DNA of 64,000 nucleotides from Hemiscyllium ocellatum (lineage: Eukaryota), in assembly GCF_020745735.1 (NCBI RefSeq), contig NC_083403.1, positions 122,716,526 to 122,780,525 on the forward strand, written 5' to 3'. Shown here in pieces: positions 23,459 through 35,075 of this stretch; position 1 is the stretch's first letter, and every line of letters begins with the position of its first letter. The notes beneath the pieces were generated by a model, which saw only the letters and a list, made by a program, of their open reading frames with translations, had not been told where the DNA came from and searched no databases. The translations under genes were made by a program, and so were the position numbers.

Positions 23459-24182
23459 TAGTCATACTGCATAGAAGCAGACCATTCAGTACAACTTGTC
23501 TATGGTTGACCAGTTTTCCTAAATTAAACTAGCCCCATTTGCCTGCATTTGACCATATCCCTCTAAACCTTTCCGATTCATGTACCTGCTCAAATGTAAC
23601 TTGTACTCCACCCTACTACAATCTCTGGCAGTTTGTTTCAAATACATATCAGCTTTGAGTGTTTTTTTAACATATGAAAGGGGAAAAGAGAAAATGTAAT
23701 GTTTTATTGTAATTCATGGCAGACCATCATGAGCTACCCCAAGGCTTTTCCAAATCCTGAGCCCTGGAATATTACCAGTGAATTATATCTTTACTGTATT
23801 TATACCGAGCAATGCAACTGTAGTTACTCTCTCCTATCACTCTAAGGGACTGGTGACTTAAAAATGCAATAATTGAATTAAGTTTATTGGTAATAGTTTG
23901 CATCTTTTCTTTCCCTTCTCATTTCCGTTCTTTGTTCTGGCCATGCTTATTCGTTGTGATTTTTATGGTTCTACAGTTGTTTACTTTCTATACTGCTAAT
24001 AGCCAAATTGGGTTATGCTGACTCACTAAGTAAATGCTTGAGACCAGTTGGGATTTGGACCACCATGAGATCTACATGAACAAATTTAATACTGATCTTG
24101 TAAGTTAGTGATTTGTGATTGAAAAAGCTACTGGGACCATGAGATGGGTGTTTAAAATTAATAACAAGAGTTGAAATCTATA

Positions 24183-24665
24183 GAGCTGAAAATGCGTCGC
24201 TAGAAAAGCGCAGTAGGTCAGGCAGCATCCAAGGAGCAGGAGGAATCGACGTTTCGGGCATGAACCCTTCTTCAGGAATGAGGAGTGTGTACCAAGCAGG
24301 CTAAGAAAACAGGTAGGGAAGAGAGACTTGGGGGAGGGGTGTTGGAAATGTGATAGGTGGAAGGAGGTTAAGGTGAGGGTGATAGGCCGGAGTGGAGAGG
24401 TCTCCGCCCCCACCCCAACTCCAGCCTATCATTCTCACCTTATCACCCTCACCTTAACCTCCTTCCACCTATCGCATTTCCAACGCCCCTCCCCCAAGTC
24501 ACTCCTCCCTACCTGTTATCTTAGCCTGCTTGGCACACACTCCTCATTCCTGAAGAAGGGTTCATGCCCGAAACGTCGATTCCTCCTGCTCCTTGGATGT
24601 TGCCTGACCTGCGCTTTTCCATTTTTCAGCTCTGATCTCCAGCATCTGCAGTCCTCACTTTCTCC
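24183..24665. mobile_element. Fold-back PLE-terminus element (family A, arms about 215 bp) in RPS7 intron 3
   Basis: Inverted arms with hammerheads at about 24245-24279(-) and 24546-24581(+); TSD ttgaaMtctataga-like at 24171-24184 and 24666-24679 (one mismatch). Confidence 0.85.
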
Positions 24666-25871
24666 TTGAACTCTATAGATACATTTAAAGGGAAGCTAAT
24701 CAAAATTCACGTGAATGAGATGGTTCACTAATCTTCATGTTGAAGATTATAGAAGTAATGCTGCATTTGCAGCTGAAGTTGATGAAAGTAGTCTGAATGA
24801 GACCTACAGTATGATTGTTTGAGGGAATTATTTTTAATCCAACAATGGTCTGGGATCAATGTCTAGAAATAAACAAATATTCTCACATTCTTCATAGAAG
24901 TTAGCATTGTTCATGTATAACACCAAAGCTTAAGACAATGACGTTAACAGTAAAGATCGATGTGTGTTCAGAATCTGTTTTGGGACCACATAGTGATCAG
25001 GGTAGAAAAGGTGTAGTCCGATAGACTTGATTTAAGTAGATGAGTACAGCGGAGCTGTGCTGACACCAGAATTATTGTGCATAACAGATACTCAAAAAAT
25101 TAAATTTACTTCCAGATTTTAAAAAAATTGTCATAACAGCATTACATGCTTGTGATCCCTTAACAACAGGGTAGCTACTTGCAGAATCAGAAATGACCCT
25201 TTGAAATATCCTGGAAGAAGAAAGTTTAGAATACAGATTGTGAATGAACACAAAATACATTAGAAGAGTCTAGAGTCAAGGTTGAAGTAGATGGTATTGC
25301 ACTGGAAGATGCAGATAAGTTGGTCTATGTGGGACAGATGGTAACTGAAGATAGCACATATGCTTCTAACTTCTGAATCACATGTAAATATTTTTGTGAA
25401 GGATTTGTTAGCAGATGGAAAACAAGCTTGAACATGAAGAAAACCTCTTGATGCTGCATTTTTGTCTACTTGCTAGTATGCTTCAGAAACATGGATAGTA
25501 ACTAATAGGAAATAGAGGCCTTTGAATTGTGGTTACTGAGAAGTATGGTAAAAATTCTTTACATTGACGAAGACCAATGAAGAGGAGCTTGAAGCTGCAA
25601 GAACAAATTATATCTAGAAAAGATAATGTCAGTCATTTGATCAAAGCTGAAAAAGTGCTGTGTAAACCAAATTATGTTTTTTATTGTGCAAACTTGGTTG
25701 AATTGGTTTTGGAAGAAAGTTCCATTTAGTGTGTTTTTTAAACAAACTATGCACTTCCAGGAAAACATTTTTATTCTGAATGATTCGCTTAAAAGGGGTT
25801 GGTGTCTTTGTTTTTACCAGTTCACCTTTGTACAAAAATTGAGTGCATTTTCAATGTTTCCTTTTAATTAG

Positions 25872-26078
<207 letters not shown>

Positions 26079-26111
26079 TAAGCTTATTAAAAGACTTTTT
26101 TTCTTTTTTAG

Positions 26112-26176
26112 AGGAGAATTTTGCCAAAGCCAACCAGGAAAAGTAGAAACAAGAACAAACAGAAGCGTCCCAGAAG
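26112..26176 (+). CDS. RPS7: RPS7 exon 5
   Basis: RRILPKPTRKSRNKNKQKRPR(S); phase-2 donor AG|gtgatt. Confidence 0.98.
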
Positions 26177-27344
26177 GTGATTGTCCTATTTTCCTATTTC
26201 TTTCTACACTGAACAAAATATGCCAGCAGAAGTATTATTTGGTGTCATTCCATAGGTTGATGGGATATCCAATTAGAAGGCTGTTTCTTTTCCTGGGAAG
26301 TATGTGGTACAGGTGGATATAATCAGCTGAGTTGAATTTGGACATTGACTTTGACACAATGTTTGATATTATGGAACATGTGATATGGTTTTGCTTTTTA
26401 TCCTGAACACTTGATTGTTTTATAAATGTAGAAATTTTAGTTTGAAGCCATGTAGAAGTGTTGTGAAGAAAATGGGATGAATTTGGATGGCTTGTTCAAA
26501 ACGCCAAAACAGAGATGTAGTCAATCTGTTTAAAGAGTTTTATTATAACTAGAGGGTGAGAATAAATTATCCGAGGCTTATAAAGTTAAATATAAGTATT
26601 AATGGAGGATTGATGTTTGGGGGTGTATTGAAAACAGTGAAGGGCCAATAAAAACTGAACATGGCTCAAAGAAAGTGGGTTATTAAAGCAAAGGAGGCAG
26701 AATGTTGTGATTGTGACAGCTTTCACAAATATGAATGGAAGGGTAGTTAAAATAAACCCTGGTTCCTTGGAAGCAGGGGTGGAAGTAGTAGTTATGGGTA
26801 ATGAGGAAATAGCTGACCTTGAGCAAATTTTTTTTACATCTTTTCAGAGAAAGAGCAAGTTGCATCCAGAAAGAGGATAACCTTGATACTTTAAAATGTT
26901 AATTTAAAGATTTTAATTAACATTCTAAAGAAATTAATATCCTTACTGGAAAGAAATAGTGTTGATATTTAAGGGATTGAAATCTGGCAATCCCATGTCC
27001 TGATGCCTTGTAATCTAGGTTTTAAGAGGTATGGAATGCTGGAATGTAGGGTGCTTTATTTGCAGTTATTTTAAAATTGCCTAATTTCACATGTCCAGCT
27101 TCCAGCTGTTGTAAATTAGCAAAGATGTGGCTTTTCAAGAAAGGCTGTTTGAACACTTCATCGCTACCTTTTCTCTATCCGATCTCCATAACATTTTATG
27201 CTCTTGATAATCAGACATTTGACCAGTTTCCAAAACAGTCCATTTCCTCTTGAAAACATTTTCCCCATGACACAGGCTCCTGCTTGACTTTGTATTATCC
27301 ACAAAATATCACATTTGGTCTTCACATCCAAAGCATTGTTATGC

Positions 27345-27520
27345 AGCAGTACCCCTACCTGCGGGAGTTACGTTCCAGAACCTACCGTGGATAGCAGTGA
27401 ACCCGTTCACTCTAATGAGAAATTACCCCCCGGTCCCTGGTGTTGGAACATTCCCTTTTTTATATGTTCTGGCTGTGGTAAACCATGGAAAACGATTCTG
27501 CAAATATGGGGGTTGCCCTG
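27345..27520. mobile_element. Probable Tigger/pogo-like MITE
   Basis: Imperfect TIRs (cagcagtacccctacctgcgg / ctgcaaatatgggggttgccctg) ending at TA; resembles Tigger-type termini. Confidence 0.45.
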
Positions 27521-27524
27521 TATA

Positions 27525-27696
27525 CATAGGAAGCTCGATCATCCAGGTGTCACTGGTGGCGAGTATTTGTTCAGATAATCAAATACTGGATAAACTGATG
27601 ATGGATAACAATTTAGCCAAGCATCGGGACCGTGTGATCTTGTTCGGACAATCCAAAATTCAGATAATCGAATGCTGGATCATCAAGGTTTTTCTG
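27525..27696. mobile_element. Tc1/mariner (Tigger-like) MITE, same family as 31534-31703
   Basis: TA-cataggaagctcgatcatcc ... ggatcatcaaggtttttctg-TA; internal sequence shared with the 31.5-kb copy. Confidence 0.7.
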
Positions 27697-27749
27697 TATT
27701 GTGACCAGCTGGGGATCATGTTTTTAAACTGTGATTTAATGTCCGGCTG

Positions 27750-28830
27750 GTCACTGCCAATGTGAGATTTACCCATTTTGTTCCTGCTGTTTTCTGCCTG
27801 TTAACCAACTGTGAATCCATACCAAAACATGACATGCTATACGTGTAATTTTGCTATCTAAAAGTTCAAATATACTACTTTTGTCAAATCTTTATCAATT
27901 TTGTTATTAACATCCTCAAATAAACCCTCCATATTGCCAAAGACACTCTTCTATTCTTAAATCCATGTTGACTGCCCAATCGGATCACTTTCATGTCAGT
28001 GTCTATTTATCAAGTCTCTTATAATAAATTCTAGCACTTTCCCTACTTCTGATGCAAGGCTGACAGACTTGTTCTTTTGTTTGTTTCCTTAATCTTGTTT
28101 AAAATAATGGGGTGACATGTGCAAGCTTCCAATTTGCAAGAATCATTCCAGAATCCGACATTTTGGAAGAGGATCACTAAAGTATTGACAATCTCTATAA
28201 GCACACTCTCCATCTCCGTGTTGAAGAAGATTAGTTCCCAAGAGTTTATCAACTTGCGGTCCCATTAATTTCTCCAGTAAAATTCATACTAATAACTTCT
28301 TTCTCCTTAGTTACTTGGACCTCTCATATCTCAGGTTTTTGTATTTTCCTCAGTCATCATTTAGCTGTTACTTCGATCTTCCCCATTTTAGTTTCTCTTG
28401 ACTCTGCTTTTATTGGGCCCACATTTGGCTTAGCCAAACATTCCCTATATGTGCTCAAAACAAAACCGGCTGTAAAAGTTTTGATGCTGCTAGATTGGAC
28501 TTGTATTCTATGCATCCTTCTAGTTCTTGATTCTCTTTGCTGTTATTTATTAACCTCCCGATAATCAGATTTATTATGATTTTGTGCCATGTTAAAGATT
28601 GCCCAATGTCTACGTACAGTGAACCCTTTGATGCAATTTCCCAATCCAACTTAGCCAGCTTATGTCTCATGCTGGTATAATTTCCCCAGTACAGATTTAA
28701 CACCCTTGCATTAGAATATGCTTCCTCTCTTTCAAACAATGTACAATTCTATCATATTGTGGTTATTCATCTTTGGAGATTTTTTGTAACAATTATTAAT
28801 CTTGACCTCTTCTTTATGTAATGATCCAAA
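27750..28830 (-). mobile_element. Old CR1 LINE fragments in RPS7 intron 5
   Basis: Degenerate similarity to 2920-6170 (aatccatgttgact, ctagcactttccctact); frames broken. Confidence 0.55.
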
Positions 28831-28833
28831 ATA

Positions 28834-29145
28834 GTGGGCGGCACGGTGGCACAGTGGTTAGCACTGCTGCCTCACAGCGCCTGTAGACCCGGGTTCAATT
28901 CCCGACTCAGGCGACTGACTGTGTGGAGTTTGCACATTCTCCCCGTGTCTGCGTGGGTTTCCTCCGGGTGCTCCGGTTTCCTCCCACAGTCACAAAGATG
29001 TGCGGGTCAGGTGAATTGGCCATGCTAAATTGCCCATAGTGTTAGGTAAGGGGTAAATGTAGGGGTATGGGTGGGTTGCGCTTCGGCGGGTCGGTGTGGA
29101 CTTGTTGGGCCGAAGGGCCTGTTTCCACACTGTAAGTCTAATCTA
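28834..29145 (+). mobile_element. tRNA-derived V-SINE (HE1-like), young full-length
   Basis: gggcggcacggtggcacagtggttagcactgctgcctcac head, V-domain, tail; CpGs retained. Confidence 0.9.
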
Positions 29146-29234
29146 AAAAAAATGGTCTGTGTTCTAATTGGCTGTTCAACATGCTCTAGAAAGCTTTTCC
29201 TAAGACACTCTGGAATCTTGTCCTCAGATTTAAT

Positions 29235-29420
29235 CTGAAAAATGTGTTGCTGGAAAAGCGCAGCAGGTGAGGCAGCATCCAAGGAGCTGTAGAATCATTC
29301 CTGAAGAAGGGCTTATGCCCGAAACGTCGATTCTCCTGCTCCTTGGATGCTGCCTGACCTGCTTTTCCAGCAACACATATATTTCAGCTCTGATCTCCAA
29401 CATCTGCAGTCCTCACTTTC
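29235..29420. mobile_element. Short fold-back PLE-terminus element (family A) in RPS7 intron 5
   Basis: TSD tcctcagatttaat at 29221-29234 and 29421-29434; hammerhead core CTGAAGA..GAAACGTC at 29301-29328. Confidence 0.85.
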
Positions 29421-31533
29421 TCCTCAGATTTAATGTTCTGTGGGTTTATCCAGTCGATATACAGATTAAAGTCCCCATGATAACTAGTATACATGCTTCG
29501 TGCTTTGATCCTCCCTATTTGTTTCATTGCCTAATTGCCGTTATTAACAATTTGTGCCTCCTTGTGATGTTTTTATTCCACATGATTTTTTTCTGATCTA
29601 TGATACACCCTTATGAATATACTGATCCCATTTGGATTATCACCACAATTTATTTTCCTTCTTTAGAGTCATACTGCACTCAGTGTTAACTGTTCCACTC
29701 TCCACAGATGCTACTGAATTTTTCCTGCATTTTGTATGTTTGTTCAGATTTCTAGCCTCTGAAGTATTTTGCCTGTATCCTTTTCCTCCTTTCTTAAACC
29801 AAGACTATTATTTAATATTCTGTTCCCAGCTGTGAACATGTAGCCATGTTTCTATATAGGGCAATTGCATCATCACATCTGCCTGTATTGTAGACTTAGA
29901 CTATCTTGTTGTGAATGTCGTATACCTTTTTAGGCAGAGTGCTGATATTTTTATCTCTGTGCCATTTGGATTTCACAGCATTCTCAATGCTTGGCTTGTC
30001 TCCCTTACAACTTCAACTTTACTCCCAGTTTGGGTTACCCCTCAGGTTTCTCGCCTTTGACAAGCTAATTCAAACTAGCCCCAGTAGCAAAACTCACTGC
30101 AAGGATATCAGTCCTAAACCTACTAAAAATGTAACCTGTCTGGTTTGTATAAATCACTGTCTCAAATCTGATGCCTACCCTCCCTCCTGCATCAATTCTC
30201 CAGTCCCATTCCATCATCTCTTGCTAACTAGCCTGTGACAATGGAATAATACTGTGTTTACTGCTCCTGAGGTCATTTTAAAAAAATTCCTTCTTGACTG
30301 CCTGAACTCCTCTCCTCCTAACGATCTCCTCACTAATATGGACTGTGACTTTTGGGATTTTCTCCTACCCTAAAAGGAGGGGACCCGATGTCATCCATGC
30401 TCCTGGAACCAGGAAGGCAATCCGTCATCATTCTGGAGTAGAAGCATCTGTTTGATCCCTTGCTTAGAGAATGTCCTTCCATCAAGTCCCTCCCTCACTC
30501 ACTCACTCACTCCCTCACTCAAACAGCTGAGACACCCCTGACGCTGTGGACTTGTTTGTGCTTGTACTCCACTGAGAAACCGTTACCTTCAAACAGCGTA
30601 CTGTTTGGCAAGCCCAGTAGATTCCAGTGACTGCTGCAATACCTGCCTAGTTTTTCGATACGGTCTGTCAAACAACCCCCGACCCCAAATGATCCCAAAT
30701 TTTCTACTTACAAAGTTGTCTGCCTCATCGATGCATAACACTGACTCCAATCATTGTTCAAGTTTTGAAACTCTGGTCTCAGGGTGTGTAGCCGCTGATG
30801 CTTGCTGCAGATGTTTTTCTGATACAGATAGTACATCTCTGATATCACACACCCCAGGATGTTCTTGTCCCCACTGACTTGCTATGAAAATTTACTTGCA
30901 ACTCGTTTTTACTTAACATTTCATTCATATATTGAGAATGAATAACTAGTTGTTGGTTTTCTGCGATGCGTAGTCTCCAGAAAGATGTTTATATATTTAT
31001 TCATTATGATATAAGTTTGTGATTTGTAAATATTTTGTTTTCTTTGAACTTGTAAATTTTGACCTAGTGGAATAAGGGGCTTTCTGTTTCTGAAGGTGTT
31101 TAGTTATTAACTTGGAAATTTTCTGTTGCTGTGTTGACTTCTTTTAAGACTGTTTGATAGAAATTTCCTGTGGAGTAATTTGTTTTCTTCACCATGAGAC
31201 AATTTTATATGCAAATGTAAATAGTGTTGTGCATTGAGCCTTCACATTTTTAGATTTTTCTTTTCTGTGAAAGTGTGTTCAGGGGAAACAGCCATAGCAT
31301 GAAAATATCTTTTATGTTTCAGTTGGAACTGAAGCTGGATGTGTGCAGTAATTCTTTCTGAGAAAGAGGAGATAGTTTAGAATTATTTTGAATTAGATTA
31401 TCTTGGTGTGAGGAGTATAGTCAAAAGTTGCAGACCAGAAGTGTGTTGTTAAAATTTCTGAAAGGGTTATTTGAAGCTGAACAATGAACCTTCAAGTGAA
31501 TCATTGCAGTTTACCTGAGATTTAAGATATATA

Positions 31534-31703
31534 CAGAGGAACCTTGGTTATCTGAAGGACACAGGGTGGGGGGGAGAGGGGGTGTATTTTGTTCAGTTAA
31601 TCAAATTCTGGATAATCGAATGCTGAATAACGCAGTTTAGCCAGGTGTCGGGACCATGCGATCTTGCCGCATAATCGGATGGCGGGCAATCGAGGTTCCT
31701 CTG
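31534..31703. mobile_element. Tc1/mariner (Tigger-like) MITE
   Basis: TA-CAGAGGAACCTTGGTT ... AATCGAGGTTCCTCTG-TA: TIRs and TA duplication. Confidence 0.8.
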
Positions 31704-31846
31704 TATAATGGTTTTAGCGTTTATGTGTGCAGAGTAACATTCAAAATCAACTTGATATTGAAGTTTAATGTTTTAGTTTTCTCACTGATTAACTTTATTT
31801 GTATGGGTGCCAGTCTAAAAAAACGTCTTCAATCCTCACATCCTAA

Positions 31847-32056
<210 letters not shown>

Positions 32057-32200
32057 TAATTCCTTACTGTGCATTTATGAGGAATATTCTCAAGTTTTTT
32101 ACTTGATTTCCAGTGTTCTCCTCCTCATTTAATATTTAGTTAGGATAATTCTGCTTAGACTTTACTACTATTAAATGTATGCTTATTGAAACTTAAATTT

Positions 32201-32397
32201 TTAATGTGGATAAGCATGGGTTGAATTTTCCCCAGCAGTCATGTACTATATGTCTTCTGGAATGCTGAGTACAATGATAACATGGTCCTTTCCCACATTA
32301 TTGGGTATTCTGTTGTCAGGCATTAGACTGCATCCTGAATGTCCCTGATACTGATCCTTAGAAAGCATAACAGGGAGGTAACTATTGCAAAATATTT
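32201..32397 (+). pseudogene. U17/SNORA73-like H/ACA snoRNA relic or divergent copy in RPS7 intron 6
   Basis: Colinear blocks resembling vertebrate U17 as recalled (AATGTGGATA; ATGATaACA.GTCCTTTCCCACA..TTGG; CTGCA..TCCC; GGGAG..AAC.ATTGCA); length about 197 nt; RPS7 introns host U17 in Xenopus and Fugu. Confidence 0.55.
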
Positions 32398-32638
32398 GGG
32401 TTTTTGAAATTATTTGTATTGTAATGTACCTTTCTGAGTTGTCTGATACTGTCCTTGATTTGTAAATGGTTTTTAAATTTTATTAAATAAACAGAACAGC
32501 ATCTGCTGGAAATCTGAAAAAAAAACAAAGGAACTGAGCAGGTCCTGCAGTATCTGTGCAGAGAAAACAGTCAATCTGTTGAGTCTGGTGATCTGTTTTT
32601 AGAACTTCTAAAGAAGAGTCACGAGACTTGAAACCTTT

Positions 32639-32970
32639 GAGGTGAAGTGATGGCCTAGTGCTATTATTGCTAAATTATAATCCAGAGACCCAGGGAATGT
32701 TCTGAGGACCTGGGTTCAAATCTGCCATGGCAGATGTTGGAATTTGAAATCCAATTTTTTTTCTTCAGTGGTGACCATGAAGCCATTGCCGATTTGTGGA
32801 AGGGAATGCCGTTTGGTTCATTGTCCTTTTAAGGAAGGATGCTGCCATTCTTATTTTGTCTAGCCTACATGTGACTCCAGCTCCATTGTATTGTGATTTG
32901 AATCTTAACAAATAGTGATGGACAGTAAATGCTGGTCTGGTCAGTGACATCTGCATCTCGTGACTGAATT
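32639..32970 (+). mobile_element. tRNA-derived SINE, DeuSINE/SacSINE1-like
   Basis: tggcctagtg head, gggttcaaatc B-box, core gaccatgaa..ggaagga..ctacatgtgactccag, tail taaatgctgg; shared with the 41.7-kb and 51.5-kb copies. Confidence 0.65.
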
Positions 32971-34604
32971 TGAAAAAGATTTCTTCAGTTTGATATTGAG
33001 AAGGCCAAAACCACAAACCTTACTTAGCTACTGATTTCATATTGCTTCCTTGTGACTGTTTAGGCTGAATCAGGCCACTGTCAACCCTTTGTAACACAGT
33101 TGATGTTTGTGAGCTTCCAGCCACGAGTCTGAGCCAGCATGTTTTGCTCCTCTACTGTACCCCCTCCATGAAATAACTTCATCTTTGAAAACTCTGCCAT
33201 TGTCATTACTTGCATCAAGTACTGCTAACCAACCACTCCTATGTTTGTGATATATATTGGCTGTTAGTCAGACCCCGTGTTGCTTTCAGATTCATCAATG
33301 GCTTCAAGCCTCCCTGTCTCTCCCAGCCCTGCATCGCTTGGAGATCTGGCTCTGCAAACATCCTAACTGTGTAACTATTCCACAAGTAGTTACTGTGCCT
33401 CCAGCTATTGTAAGCTGAGAGCTTTGGAATTCTCTCCCATCTCATTGTAGTCTTTTGGCCATCTCCTCCAGTATGTGTAATATGGTTTGATGTTGCATGT
33501 TGCTTTTGTGATAAGGTAAAATCACCAGAGAGCCATATGGCTGTGCTGTCATTAGAGAGATGACTGGTGGTGAGTTAGCCTGTCACAAGTGTGGTGATGT
33601 TAGATGGTATGGCGATTGAACTGCACTGTTGAGGTCACTGCAATGCAAACCAGCTAACTGAACTATCTGGCACCCATGTTGCTTTGTAATGTTCCAGGGT
33701 GTGCCTCAAGATGGTTTTGTGATCCCTTGCTCAGATTTGTTTTTGCACTTCGAGTAGGTGAAAATTGAACTCTTGCCTTTTGGCCCAGAGCTAGGGATAC
33801 TACCACTGCACCTCCAAGGCCCAATATGAATTACCTTGAAATGCTCTTTACTGACACAGTTAGATATCTTGGTCTCCCAAGTAGGTTGAATCCAACTACT
33901 TGGGCTAAGATAGGCAAATGCGCAGAAATGCTTTCATTTAGTTATTGAGAATTCTGCAGCCATTCTGTACACCCAATAGGAAGTGTACACTTTCTCATTT
34001 GTTGGGACACACTCTCTACTGGAACTCTGAGCCAGTTTGCTAATATATACCCCGGTTTTACTTGGTTCAACCTTGCAAATATGAAGGAAAAAGGCTGGTT
34101 TGTGTGTTAGTTGATCCACCCTCTTGTTAGTACTTTAGTGTTAGGAAGGGCTGAACCTCCAGCGACTGTTTGTGAATTAGGTTGATTGATTAATCATTGA
34201 CAGAATATTGTGGACTACTTTTCCTCGTTTTATTACCAAGTATGCTTCAATTGACTTGATTCTGAAGATGTAACTGCCTTCTTTAAATTAAGGTATCTTT
34301 GCTGTATTCCTGAACTATTCCCTCTTCCCAGACCAAGATGAGGAATGACTAATTGGTAGTAAGCTAACCAACAATACGTGTATTAAGTCCTCAAAAGTGC
34401 CTACTAGAATTCTCTAGTTTTCCATCCCCTGAAGGGCAGAATGTGTGATGTTTTTGAAAGTAGCTTTTCATAAGTACTGCTGTTCTTGTGTACTGGGATG
34501 TGAGAAAAGGATTTTGAATTAATTTCATCCAGAACAATTCTTAGTTGTTTTTTCACTAACTTGTTGATTTGGTATTTGACAGATTTCTTTTTGTTCTTCC
34601 CCAG

Positions 34605-34682
34605 GTGGATACATTTTCAGCTGTCTACAAGAAGCTAACTGGCAAGGATGTTGTATATGAATTCCCAGAGTTCCAACTGTAA
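34605..34682 (+). CDS. RPS7: RPS7 exon 7 (last coding exon)
   Basis: [25 protein letters not shown]; the six coding exons sum to 585 nt = 194 aa + stop. Confidence 0.98.
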   Translation: MDTFSAVYKKLTGKDVVYEFPEFQL

Positions 34683-34700
34683 ATTGTAAAGAATGGCCTG

Positions 34701-34706
34701 AATAAA
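34701..34706 (+). terminator. RPS7 polyadenylation signal
   Basis: AATAAA 18 nt after the stop, followed by GT-rich tttgtggttgtg. Confidence 0.85.
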
Positions 34707-34860
34707 AAAAAGTCAATACTGCCTTTGTGGTTGTGCTCATGCTGTTAAGATTGCAGAGATGTTCGGTTTCACTCCTCTAATTGAATCAGTCTCATTCTTG
34801 TTGCATCTGGCTCCTGTTTATCTTAAACCTTAGAGGAATGTTTCCATGTGCTTGTAACTA

Positions 34861-35075
34861 CAGTCGGTTCTTCTATAATGCAATGGTTGCATTCTTGTGC
34901 AACCCCACACTATAGAAGAATTATGCTTTATAAACTGCATTTCAGGTGTTGGTGCTGCAATTGTGTTACAGCCAATACACTCTTTCTAAAGTGTGAATTT
35001 TTAAAATGTGACCCAATTCAGTTGCGTTACAGCAAATTTGTGTTGACAAAACATACGTTATAACAGAATGACCTG
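34861..35075. mobile_element. Tc1/mariner (Tigger-like) MITE just 3' of RPS7
   Basis: TA-CAGTCGGTTCTTCTATAATG ... CGTTATAACAGAATGACCTG-TA imperfect TIRs. Confidence 0.6.

Noticed and set aside
28834-28910. tRNA gene-like sequences (also 11861, 42555)
   Set aside because: They are SINE heads that continue into the V-domain and tail and lack a full cloverleaf
34295-34340. tgtattcctga..cttcccaga resembling the U17 m1 region in intron 6
   Set aside because: No m2 motif, ACA box or closing stem at the expected spacing
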